A stretch of 64,000 bases of DNA from the human T2T-CHM13v2.0 reference genome, Homo sapiens. Both the position numbers and the translations under genes were made by a program. Positions 33,038-47,088 of the stretch are shown piece by piece (within the stretch, counting starts at the first letter, position 1; every line of letters starts with the position of its first letter). Under the pieces are notes generated by a model. That model ran no database searches. It was given only the letters and a program-made list of their open reading frames with translations, and had not been told where the DNA came from. Where the stretch lies: assembly GCF_009914755.1 (NCBI RefSeq), contig NC_060946.1; one strand, 5' to 3'.

Positions 33038-34055
33038 CAAGATCACTCAGCAAATAAAGGATGGAGCTGGAATTCAAGCATTCTTCCCCTCATGACCCTC
33101 CCAGTGGCTGAGGGATGGCATCTTGTGGCAGAACTTGGTGTCCACCTTGTCCTAGCCAAGGTCACGTGGCAGGGAGTGTCACACCTGGATTCAGCCCAGT
33201 TGTGCTGGCCTGCAGAGCTCTACCACCCTAAATCACACTCATTCCTATGTGTATCCTGACCCCAGACCATGAGATGGCTCTTTTTAACTCTACCTTCCAG
33301 TTCCAGAACAGCAGGGGTTTGGGGACCATCTACCAGTGATCATAAGGCCCATTTTCAGTATTACGGTCTCACAGAATTTTTTAAAATAAAAAATTTGAAT
33401 CACTTACATCTTGAGACATACCCAGGGAGTTATATGCCGAATAAAAAATTCAAAATGAGCAAAGGTGACTGCCTCAGAAAGCATTCCGACCACATCCCTC
33501 TCTTGTATAAAATTCCCAGGCATCCTGTTGTCACTTAAATTTCCATTTCCTGGGTTACTGATGAGATTGAGCACATTTTCTTATGCTATTAATCATTTCC
33601 ATTTCCTCCAGAGTCCGTTTGAACCCCAAGACTGTCGCCCAAAGTCCTAATGGAGTCATCTTGCACGGAGTGGGGAAATTGGAAGGAGATGTTAAGACAA
33701 GTAGGAAAAAGCCATAGTAGGGAAATTGGGGGAAGGGAATGGAGCCGAGGCAGAGGGAGAGGCACATGCCTACTTCCCAGTCTTTGAGCCTGGCTGCACC
33801 TCTTCCTCCAGGTGTATTCCCTTTCCTCCCCACACCCGACTCTGCCCCCTCTCATCTCCCTCGGATTGCCCACTATCAAGCAGGTTGTGCTCTGCACAGG
33901 AGCACCAGCTGAATGAGCCAGCTAAACCCTCTCTCACTCTATTTATCAAGCGCTGCACCCTCAGGGCTACATCTGCTCTGAGGGGAACCTTTTTCTGACT
34001 AGCCACAGGCTCTGTACCATGGCCAGTGCAGTTCTGGAAGCACAAGAGGGAATGA

Positions 34056-34433
<378 letters not shown>

Positions 34434-35931
34434 TAGGAAAGCCATAGGGACAGAAAAGGGGTCTCCTGACCGACACAGACTGGCTGTTCAATGCGCATGG
34501 CCCCCCTGAAAACGATTCCTGGATGAGCCAAAAATATAATCCACTTCCTCAGCTTCCAGGGGCCAGGCCAGGAGGTGGCCAGCCAGGGCTGAGCAATCCA
34601 GAGGCGTGTGTGGGCCCTGGCGCAGACAGATGCTGCTCTGGTTTATTTCCTGTTAGCCTTGTAATGTAATACACTGTGTGTAATTGGTACATGAATCAAG
34701 AGACACACTCCCTCTACGTTCTGCGGGGCTCTGCTGGAAAACTCGCTGTGTTCTCTGCCTCACTCTGGCTCCTCTCCATCTGGTCAACCTGACATTTCTG
34801 AGATGGCAAAGAAGCGACTTTGCCGCAGCTCCTAAATTGGGGAGTATCCTGGGGTTTTCCTAAGTAGCAGTGATGAAATCATCAGATAGCCATCCTTCCT
34901 TTTCATTCCTAGAAAACAACAAGTCTGTTTCCAACTGTAAGGAATTGGAGAACCCAGGCAGCAGCCAATGGGAACAGATGCTGGTAGACTGTGGCCAGAT
35001 CGATCTCACTTCCTGCCTTTACCACCACTCTGGCCGCCTCCCAACCAAACGGTACCATCCGTCTCCACGGTCCCCCCTCGGTTAATCTTTCTGCATTCTT
35101 AAGGAAGCAGTGCAGGACGGTGCAAAATGCCTAGGTTTTGGAGACCCACCAACCCAAATTTGAACCTAGATCTGAGTGCCTAGACCAAGTGACTTCACCC
35201 CCCCATGCCTCAGTTTCTTCATCTGTAAAATGGGCATGATAATACCTTTCTCCTTGGCTTGTAGTAAAGACTAATTAAATCTCCCAGAAGGCCTAGCACA
35301 GAGTTTGTATTTGACAAATGTTAATTTGACGCCTCCACCTTCACCCTTTGTCCCCAGCCCTGGCCCTGCCCCATCAAACTGTGGTGATTGGCTTTTCATG
35401 ATGGCGAAGAATGAATCCAGGATACAGCCTGGGGTGAGGCCTGGGCTTTCACTCTAAACATACAGTTGTGAATTTACTAGGGGTCCCTAGAGCAGTTCTC
35501 ATGTTCTAGGTATCCCTAGTAAATTCCTTCCACGGCCAAACATCAATTCTTTCCATGGCCAAACTTAATAATGAAGTGGCCAGCTTGCTCAAATGTCCCA
35601 CCCTATTTAACACTTACGCATCTCTATCACGGCTCATCACACCCTTGGGTCAGTCATCAGTCGGTCTTACAGACTGTGGGACCTTAACATCCCATAATAG
35701 TTTACACAAGAAATGCAGATTAACCTTATTTCTAAATGCAAATCTCACATGAGATCAGTGAAAGTGCTATTAGCGTATGGCTTGGGACACACACGAAGTC
35801 TCTGACAAATGAGTGGTTAAGCAGCAGACGGTGTGGATCCAAGTCCCTGCTCCCCACTTCCTAGTTGCACATCTGTGAACAAGGTATTTAACTTCTCTAT
35901 GCCTCAATTTCCTTAGAACATGTGCACCACA

Positions 35932-36363
<432 letters not shown>

Positions 36364-37125
36364 TTATTAGTAGCTATGTAGAAGGGTTAGGCCTGTTAAT
36401 AATTAATAAAGAGAAAAATCAATGAGGATAATGAATAAGTACCTCAAAAGAGAATGATTTCAATATCAAAGTACTACAAAAAGCCCTTAGGAAAACTTAC
36501 GAAACCCTCAAGCATTTTTGCAAAAAAAAAAAATGACCCTCTTTATAGTTGTGCTATGAAAATATAATAAGAAGTGAAGGTTGTCCTAACATACCATTAC
36601 ACCATCTTGTCAGAAAAATTCTACCAAAAAGAGGAACATGTGATTCATTCTGTGTTCACTCTAAAAATTAGTGCACAATTTTAATTCTAATAAAATAGTG
36701 TTAAACATAATATACAATTAACTCACTTTCATTATATTTAGCTGTATATTTCAGTGACAGGTTGGTATCAGCTAACAGGATGAGGGACTCATAAGGTTGG
36801 CATTAGACAGACGGAACTGATATTCCAGTGGGTAACTGGAAGCTTATGAAAGAAATACATTCATACTTGTGTGGCCAGAGAGGTGACCCAGGCCAGGAAA
36901 AACTGAAGCAAGAGCCTTTCTTTCTTTCTTTTGATCAATAAATATCTGTTGTGCCAAATACTGTGCTAGATGCTTGGAATACAGCTGTGAACAAAGAGAT
37001 AAAAAATCCTGACTCTCATGGCCTCTAATTCAGCTTGATGGAAGGGATGGTGGGGGGATAAGCTCTAGACCATGGACATACTCAGTAAGTAAATTAAATA
37101 GCATATTGGAAGGAGACAAGTGTTA

Positions 37126-37677
<552 letters not shown>

Positions 37678-39680
37678 TTACAGAGTCTCATGGGCCATCT
37701 GACTTTATGTGGGGTCAGGGAAGGCTTTTGACCAGGAATGGACAGATATGGAGACAGATATGGCAGCTGGATGGAGCACAGACTGAAGAGAAAGAAGAAG
37801 GCAGAGAGCCTAAGTGTGGTTGTCCAGGAGGAATGCACCTGGCTCACTCCAGGGGCCGCCAAGGTGGTGTGGGAAGTGGGGGGATTCAGGATATACCTAA
37901 AGTTCTAACCAGCAGGATTTGCTGATGGAGTGGGTGTGGGATGTGAGGAAAAGGAGGCAGGGATCATTCATAGGTTCCTGGTTTAGGTCAATCTGGGCTG
38001 AGGCCTGGAGCCCGATCAGTTGCCCCAACCCAAGGCAAGGGCGCATGGAAACGGCCACAGCATCCACTGTGCTGGCCTCATATGATCTCATTTAATGCTC
38101 ACAGCAGGCCTGTGACATAGGCATTGTTAGTCGCACTGAAGACATGAGGGAAACTGAGTCCCAAGAAGTAACCAGACAAAGCTCACAGCAAGCAGCAGAA
38201 TGAAGAGGTGAAGCTGAGATGGTCTGACCTTGGCAGCCTGGAGCCTTAGCCACTGGGTGACGCTGCCATCAGCCTCCACAAGGGGTCCACCAGCTCTGGA
38301 ATATTCTATGCTGCAAAATCAGTAATCAAGAGACCCAGTTGCCACAGGTCTTGGCTTTTCCACAAACTGACCTTGTGGGCTTGGGGAAATGGCCTCTCCT
38401 CATGGGCTGCAGTTCCCCATCTGGGTTAATGGGCTCTCCAGGCCTTTTCTACTAAAAAAATCCACTGTGTAAATACTGCAATTTCCAGAAAGTTCTAGCA
38501 GCACCAGCAGACCTTTCCAGAGTGAGAGATGGGTTGCACTGCCCTCTATAGAGAAAACCTCCTAGAGAAGCTCTGTCATGCTACCTATTCTCTGGTCTGT
38601 CCCTCTGCTGGTGACCCCGCACTAGCTGACCATCCCTTCGTGGCAATGATAGACCCGCCCACTCAGCTCCTCAGCCCATGTCCCTCAGAGCTCCTGCCTG
38701 TGCTCGCCTTCCCTGTTCCTCTTTCCCTTCATCAAACAAAGAGCTGCTCCAATTGCAGGGTTCTGTTTGCAACCATGATGAGGTCTATCATGCAAGTCAC
38801 CAAGTCGCCATTCACTGCACACCTGTGAAGTTCAGTGGCCTCATCTCATCTCAAGCTCTTGACAGCTGAGAGGGAGACACTGTTTTATCCCCACCTCTAT
38901 TAGGTCATGAAAAGCTGGACATAGGTCAGTTGAGAGCAGGCACAAGAGGATGGGCCAGGTTTGGCCCTCCCAGTGGCCAGGCCCAGAGTCCAGAGTCCAT
39001 GGCAAGAATATTCAGCCTCCCTCCAACCCCAGCAAATTCATGGCAGCTCTTCTCCAGGTGAGGCTTTCCCCTAGGTTGACATCCCCATCTCCACAGCACA
39101 TTCTCCATCCCCTCATCTCAGAGACTGCGCAAGTGCCCCTTCCTCCAGGAAGTCTTCCCTGATGCCCCAAGTGAAGGAACTTAACCTTCCACTGAAAACC
39201 CCAAGGCAGTTTCTAATAGTCACTTTTAGCTTTGGTTTTTCAATGAGCACTGGAAGATAAAGCGGTTTTTAAGTGTATAGGCTCTAGAGCAGGACAGACC
39301 TGGGTTCAAATTCCACCTTCTCTGTTTCTTAACTGTGTGGCCTTGGGCAAGTTACTCACCTCTCTGGACCTCCTTTTCCTCATGAGGTTTTTGGGAGATT
39401 TTAACTTAAATGGTCAACTTTAGGTATAGTGCTGATAGCAGCTGCTACTGCATCCTGAGGGCTTTCTGCAGACCCGGCACTGTTCTATGCCCTTTATGTT
39501 CAATTCTCACAGCAGCCCTGTGACACAGGTTCAATCAGTAGACCCACTTTACAGAAGAAGAGGCTGAAGCACACAGTGTTAAAATAATTTGCGCAAAGTT
39601 CCCTGGCTTCCCTACTTATTTGCTGTGTGCCTTTGGGCAAGTCACTTAACCTCTCTGATCTTGAAAAAGTTATATTATTG

Positions 39681-39743
39681 TATGGGAGCTCTGTTTTCAC
39701 TCTATTAAATCTTGCAACTGCAAAAAAAAAAAAAAGAAAAAAA
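39681..39743 (+). pseudogene. Extremely 5'-truncated processed retrocopy of a HERV-W/LTR17-type mRNA 3' end
   Basis: TATGGGAGCTCTGTTTTCACTCTATTAAATCTTGCAACTGCA plus poly-A, flanked by an 18-bp TSD GAAAAAGTTATATTATTG (39663-39680 and 39744-39761). Confidence 0.8.
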
Positions 39744-42700
39744 GAAAAAGTTATATTATTGCTTGTGTGCCCCAGTTTCCTCCTCTGGAAAAGGGAGTTT
39801 CTGGCATGTATTAATATTGAAAAACAGATATGATATTTAAAAATCATCACGACCTTCATGTTTATCATTTATACAATTATAGACTTGTCCAAAAAGGTAA
39901 GAGGTACCTCAGTAAACCTTACAAAGGAGGGAAGGAAAGTGGGCAAGAAGGAAGGAATGAGTAAGTGAATGAATAAATCCATGCATGCATCATCCACCAA
40001 GCGAAAGCTCTGGAATGCAGATGGGGAGTAGAGGAATGTCAAGTATATTTTAGTCATAGATCTGACAATAGAGGGAGCCTGCAGGTGCAGAGGAAAGGAA
40101 GACCCACATCATTGGAGCCACATAATCCAGCTGCCATTGCCTTTCAACCCCCAGAGCACGAGTCCAAGGGCCATTTGCATCCTGATGGATGGGGATGCAG
40201 TGGAAGTGTCAATTGACCATCATTGGTTCATAAATGGACCCCATAACACAAGTTATCAGTTGAAGACCCCAGGGATGCTTTATTAACATTTCTAATCTAT
40301 GGGTTCATTTGAGAAATCATCAGGGACAACAACCTAATAAATCATGGGTTTAAAGGACTCCAGACAGCAGCACATCGGGCCTTCCGTGAAAAGGGTGGTA
40401 GTGCTGAACTTTTGAGATAATCATAGTAACTGTCACCAGGGAGACAGGTTGCAAAAGAGAGTCCGCAGTCAGCGGCGTTGACAGCTGGAAGCAGATTGTC
40501 CAGAAAGGACAGCTCTTCCTGGTTGAAGTCAGAGTTTGCAGAGGAAGAAACTGCTATTAATTGTGCACCAACTTCGTGCAGGCACTTTATTTGCATGGCC
40601 TCATTTAAGCTACCTCAAAACACACCTGCGTGGTAACTGCTCTCATCCGCATTTTACAGACAAGGCAACCAAGATTCAGAGAGATTTGTTTCTTGCTCAG
40701 TTATTGCCAGTAACTGTTGAGCTGGAATTCAAACGCAGGAAACACCCATTTGACTGTCCATGTTATTATCAATCACTGCACTCTTCTGGTCACCAGCTCC
40801 ATTGCCCCATTCCACCGAGGTGGAAACTGAGACCCCATTGTCTACCCACACACGAGCAAGTCAACAGCAGAGCTGGGAAAAGGATTCAGCATCTTGGTTT
40901 CTATCTTTGAGTTCTTTCTGGGCTGCTTCCCTGACACTGCCATTCCCCATCTGGCACCTTCCCCTCCCATTCTCATCTCCTTACTCTGCTTTTTTACTCC
41001 TTCATAACACTATTGCCTGCTGTGTTCTATATTTTTGTTTGAGTCCCAGCATGCTCACATTAGTGAGCTGAGGGTTTGAGCTGTTTCGTTTTACAGCTGT
41101 TTGTACTTCAAAATGGTGAAGCAGGCTAGAATTCATATGCAATTGGTTACACGCACATCCCCAGTGGAATCAAAATAACTAACGTCTACTTGCTAAAGTT
41201 CTCCCCTTGGCTGTAGTCCCTGACCCCAGGGGTAGGGAAGAAGCACTGCTACATTTGCCCGTTTGTAGGTTTTCTCTGTGCCCCAGGATCTCCATGTCCC
41301 AGCTGACAATTCCTTTCATATTGACACATTCTTGAGAGGTTACAGACTTTGTGGCTCACTAAGTTGCCTTTAGCCACCTCTGCTTCAGTGTATTATGTGT
41401 TTATTATTACTTTGTCACTGAAAGGATTACCAAACCTCCTTTCTCCAGGTTTCTGGGGGACTTACTCATTGTAACTCCCAACTATGAGCAGTAGTGCAGG
41501 CTGCTGGCTGTGGATCCAATATTCATGTGTCTGCTTTTAATCCACAGTACCCCAATTTATTTAAAGCAGCAATGTTCACATGTGAAAAAACACATTTTTG
41601 AGCCCTGCTTTCACCTAAGCAAGGAGTGGGGACCAATGAGATGAAAGAGAAAATTATCGAATGGAGTTCCCGCCAGAAGGGCTCTTGGCAGAGGCTAACC
41701 CAGCTGAGGGATTTATCCTTTTTCCTTTCTACCTGGAATGCAAACCTGATGTCTGGAGCTCCAGCAGCTATTTTGGACTATGAGGCAACCATGTGGCTGG
41801 AAGCTGACGCTGAGGTGGCAGACCTTGATAACAGTGGATCTGCCACTCCAGCCCTGGCCTGACAATAGTGGGACTCCATTTACATGACAAAAACTAAATT
41901 CCTATTTTTAAGACACTTATTTCTGTATTCTGTGACATGCAACCAAAAATAACGCAAACACATGTGCTAACACGTGTGTTTTTATTCAGCGGACGCTCAC
42001 TGAGCACCTGCTATGTGCGAGCTACTGTGTTAGGTATAGAGTGGCAAAGATGAGTAAGCCGTGTGCTTTCAAGGGTCTCACGGTGCAGGGGAATTCCACA
42101 AGTAAACAGCATGCCAGCTTATGGAAACTATAGTAGTAGAACGTTCCGAGAGCTGAGGGATACAGAGAAGTGGGGTTGTACAGAAGAGGGAAGCTGACCC
42201 AGCCAGGAAGGACAGAAAAAGTCACCCAGATGATGCACTGACTGTCACAGGACAAGAAGTCACTTGAGTAGACTTGGTGCAGAGAAATAAACAGAGGCAG
42301 AGAGTGGATAGTGATAAGCTTGTTTGCCAGGCTGAAAGGTTCGGGTTCTCCTTGTCCACATTTGAGTACACTTACACACACACATCACAAACACACATGC
42401 ACGTGTGTCAGAGGCAATTTCTTCTTTGCCTCTGCTGAAGTCCCTCAGCATTCGGCAGTCTGTGTTTAGAACTTCCCCGTGGATCAAAGATTCTGTGTTT
42501 ACATTTTATCCATGACTCCTATCTGTTGGGGCAGGAGTATGTTGCCTCCACGACAGCTAAAGTTTTCTGTTACACCCGTGTGCCTGGATCACAGTCTGAC
42601 AGGAAAGCACTGGCTAGGCAGGAAGGATACCTCAGTCCCAGTCCCCTCTATACCCCTTACTTGTTTAAGATGATTAATGTCTTGTTCCATTCTTAGTATT

Positions 42701-42867
42701 TATTTGCACCACTGCCTCATCCTGGAAAAGGCTTGAAGAGGTTGATTTGAATACATGCAACACAGCCCATCTTTTAAAGGAAGGAATAAAGAAACCAGGG
42801 TGAGGAAAAGGAAGAGGGAGGCAGCAAGATGCCCCAGCATATTCTAAGATCCAGGAAGCCAGATGAA

Positions 42868-43170
42868 TTTTTATTTATTTTTTTTGAGACCGGGTCTCAC
42901 TCTGTTGCCCAGGCTGGAGTGCAGTGGCACAGTCTCGGCTCACTGCAACCTCTGCCTCCTGGGTTCAAACAATTCTCATGCTCAGCCTCCTGAGTAGCTG
43001 GGATTACAGGTGCGTGCCACCTTGCCTGGCTAATTTTTGTATTTTTTTAAATAGAGACAGGGTTTCACCATGTTGGCCAGTCTGGTCTCAAACTCCCGTC
43101 CTCAAGCAATCTACCCACCTAGGCCCCCCAAAATGCTGGGATTACAGACGTGAGCCACCATGTCTAGCTG
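42868..43170 (-). mobile_element. Alu (AluS/J)
   Basis: Reverse-complement Alu; TSD GCCAGATGAATTTTT. Confidence 0.95.
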
Positions 43171-43584
43171 GCCAGATGAATTTTTCAGCTTAGTTTCTGG
43201 TAGCCATGGGGGTTGGAGGGAACAGAAACACAGCCACCTACAAGCCGTCAGGATGACAGTGATTCTAAAAGACAGAAAATGGCCCAGTTGCTCCTGGAAG
43301 TGGGCTCTCCCTGGCGTGGTAGTCTGAGGAGAATTTAACCATGGACCCTCACAAAAGGAACATCATGAGAGCCTCCTCAAGATCTTATTCACCTTCTAAA
43401 AGGAATTCTCGGAGTGCTTTTCTCTCCAGCTAATTAGAGATACGACGTGGAGAGCAAACAGTTTGAAGTTGTAGTCTATAGCAAGCACCGGCCTGTCACA
43501 CAGATATTCCATGTTACCAGCCGAGGGATGATCCAAGTGTGTTAATCAATTAATAGACCAACCTCTGCCCAAAGAGAGGCCGAA

Positions 43585-45372
43585 GGGATACCTGTGGAGA
43601 TCCGGTGAGAATACCTGTGTGAATACCCATGGGGATACCAGTGAAAAAACCCATGAGAATACCTCTGTGAATACCAATGAGAATACCTGTGGGGATGCCT
43701 GTGAGAATGCCTTTGGGAATGCCTATGGAAATGCCTGTAGAAATACGTTTGGAAAGACCTATGGGAATACCTCTGGAAATACCTGTAGGAATGCCTGTGG
43801 AAATATCTGTGAGAAAGCCTGTGGGGATACCAGTGAGAATACCTGTGGGGATACTTGTGGGAAAGCCTGTAGAAGTACCTTTGGAAATACCTATGGGAAT
43901 ACCTATGGAAATATCTGTAGGAATACCTGTGGAAATATCAGTGGGGATACCTCAGAGAATGCCTGTGAAAATGCCTGTGAGAATCCCTGCGAGAATACCT
44001 GAGAGAATACCTGTGTGAATACCAGTAAGAATACCTGTGGGAATACCTGTGGGGATACTTGTGGGAAAGCCTATAGAAATACCTTTGGAAATACCTACAG
44101 GAATACCTATGGAAATATCTGTGGGAATGCCTATGGGAATGCGTGTGGGAATGCCTGTTGGGATACCTGTGGGAATGCCTGTATAAATACCGGTGAGAAT
44201 CCCTGTGTGAATACCAGTAAGAATACCTGTGGGGATGCCTGTGGGAATACTTGAGAGAATGCCTGTGTGAATACCAGTGAGAATACCTGTGTGAATACCA
44301 GTAAGAATACCTGTGGGAATACTTGTGCGGATACTTGTGGGAAAGCCTGCAGAAATACCTTTGGAAATACCTATGGGAATACCTATGGAAATATCTGTAA
44401 GAATACCTGTGGAAATATCGGTGGGAATGCCTGTGAGAATACCTGTGCGATCACCAGTGAGAATACCTGTGAGAATCCCTGTGGGAATACTTGAGAGAAT
44501 ACCTGTGTGAATACCAGTGAGTATACCTGTGAGAATACCTGTGGGATACTTGTGGGAAAGCCTATAGAAATACCTTTGGAAATACCTATGGGAATACCTA
44601 TGGAAATAGCTGTAGGAATATCTGTGGAAATATCTGTGGGAATGCCTGTGAGAATACCTGTGCGATTACCAGTGAGAATACCTGTGTGAATACCAGTGAG
44701 AATGCCTGTGGGGATACCTGAGAGAATGCTTGTGAGAATGCCCGTGTGATTACCAGTGAGAATACCTATGAGAATGCATGTGGGGATACCAGTGAGAATA
44801 CCTGTGAGAATGCCTGTGGGGATACTTGTGGGAAAGCCTATAGAAATACCTTTGGAAATACCTATGGGAATACCTATGGAAATATCTGTAGGAATACCTG
44901 TGGAAATACCTGTGGGAATGCCAGTGAGAATACCTGTGTGAATACCAGTGAGAATGCCTGTGGGGATACCTGTGAGAATGCCTGTAGGAATACCTGAGAG
45001 AATGCCTGTGAGAATGCCCGTGTGGTTACCAGTGAGAATATCTGTGAGAATGCCTGTGGGGATACCTGTGAGAATGCCTGTAGGAATACCTGAGAGAATG
45101 CCTGTGAGAATGCCCGTGTGATTACCCGTGAGAATACTTATGAGAATGCATGTGGGGATACCAGTGAGAATACCTGTGAGAATGCCTGTGGGGATACCTG
45201 AGAGAATGCTTGTGAGAATGCCCGTGGGATTACCCGTGAGTATACCTATGAGAATGCATGTGGGGATACCAGTGAGAATACCTGTGAGAATGCCTGTGAG
45301 AACCCCTGTGGGGATACCTGTGAGAATACCATGGGAATGCCCGTGGCAATACCTATGGGATGCCTGTGGAAA
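43585..45372. repeat. 12-bp minisatellite (consensus approx. GAATACCTGTGA/G), about 1.8 kb and ~150 units, with recurring higher-order blocks
   Basis: Direct reading of degenerate 12-mers; they give periodic NTCE/NTCG and RIPV/GIPV pseudo-ORFs in the track. Confidence 0.97.
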
Positions 45373-46399
45373 GCTGTTTTCCTAGAGAAGATGGCTATGG
45401 ATCTGCTCCCACACAAGAAAAAAATGTCCTAGCCGATCAAGCTAAGCCATGATCATTTTAGCTTCAATGTTTTTCAAAGTACCTTTTACTAATCTCCCAA
45501 GAAGGACTTAGAAAATTCCTAATACTGCACCCATAAGATGCCTAATGTTAAGCAAATATAACCTCCTGGTGAGTCCCTCGAATGGCTTAGTGGGAAAATG
45601 GAACCCTAAGTGACTAAACGAGTGAATGCAATTCACAGGTTGTTGAATAAAAGCCAACTCAATGTTGGAGGACATCTGCCAAAAATGACAATTGGGGGGT
45701 GGGAGTAGCTCATCCTGAGCCACTTTTTTCTGACAGTAATGAGGCTATTCCTGGTTCATGACAATAAAACCATGTCATCTGCATAGAAAAGACTTGTAAC
45801 TTTCTGTTTGCTATAGCAAACAGTAATGCATTCAGCTCATCCAAAAATCTTTCAAGTCATAAAATACCCGTTAAAGGAAGCAGGGACGGAAGTACATCGC
45901 TCTTGTGCTGTAGTTGGAATTGCTATTTGGCTCATCAGGACACTATTTCTGCCGACCTGGCCCTCATGCTGTGTTGAGGTGCAAGTTCTACATAAGCACC
46001 TGTGGCAGGGTGGGGATTCATAATGAGCTCCTGTAGTTTAGCCCATAATTGGTTTCTCTCCACATAATTAGTTTCTCTCCACTGAGTCGAAGGCCAAAAT
46101 CAGTCATTGCTATTGTAATTCTTACATCGTGCCTGACAAATTTTTGCACAAGTGGCATAAAAAGGTCAATAATGTGGGATAAATGTGTTGAAAAACCCAG
46201 GGGCTCCTCATACAAAATATAAGCTTGAGAAATGCAACTTTCAATTCATAAGAGGGAAGTTGGCAGATAGTTTAGCTGGAATGTGAAGTAAACCAATGGG
46301 TCTATCATTTGGAGAAAAATAGAAGGTGATCCTTTTACAAAGTAGGATAATCTGCCATTTGGATCCATCCAGACAAGAGGCACATATGGAGTTCAGGAG

Positions 46400-47042
46400 A
46401 GGAAACAAACTTGGCCATTGCACACTTGAAACGTGGCAAATCCAAAGTGAGGTGTGCTGTAAGTGTAAAATACACAGGAGTTCAAATAGAAAGAAAATAT
46501 GCAAAACAACTCATTCATAATGATTTTATCATCATTATCATAATTTTATGTTGATCACCTGTTGAGATGATAATGTTTGAATATTTGGGGTAAATAGAAT
46601 ACTATATATTATTAAAATCAATGCCATCTTTTTTTACTTTTTTATTATGCCCACTAGAGAATTTGAAATTACTTTCATGCATTATGGTAACCACTTTCAA
46701 GATGATCCCCAGTGATCTCTTCCTCCTGGTCTTCACAGCCTTGTGTAGTCCCTCCCACATTGCCTCAGAGGTATCAGGGTTGGCCTGCATGACACATAGA
46801 ATACTTCTGAAGTGATGACATGGGTGATGGTCCATTGTATGTGTCAGCTTGACTGGGCTAAGGAATACCCAGAAAACTGGCAAAACATTATTTCTGAGTA
46901 TGTCTTTGAGGGTGTTTCCAGAAGAGGTTAGCATTTGAATCAGTAGACTAAGTAAAGAAGATGGCCTTCACCAATGAGGGCAGGCATCATCCAATCCATT
47001 GAGTGCCCAAATAAACCAAAAAGATAAAGGAATGGCAAACTT

Positions 47043-47088
<46 letters not shown>

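Noticed and set aside
43585-45372. Possible CRISPR-like repeat-spacer array
   Set aside because: Units are contiguous degenerate 12-mers without unique spacers, there are no cas genes, and the DNA is human.
43619-45385. Cys/Asn/Thr-rich (NTCGNTCG) and Ile/Pro/Val-rich ORFs resembling metallothionein-, keratin-associated- or antifreeze-like repeat proteins
   Set aside because: They are translations of a 12-bp minisatellite. They are short, broken by stops and frameshifts, mostly start at GTG, and have no splice or promoter support.
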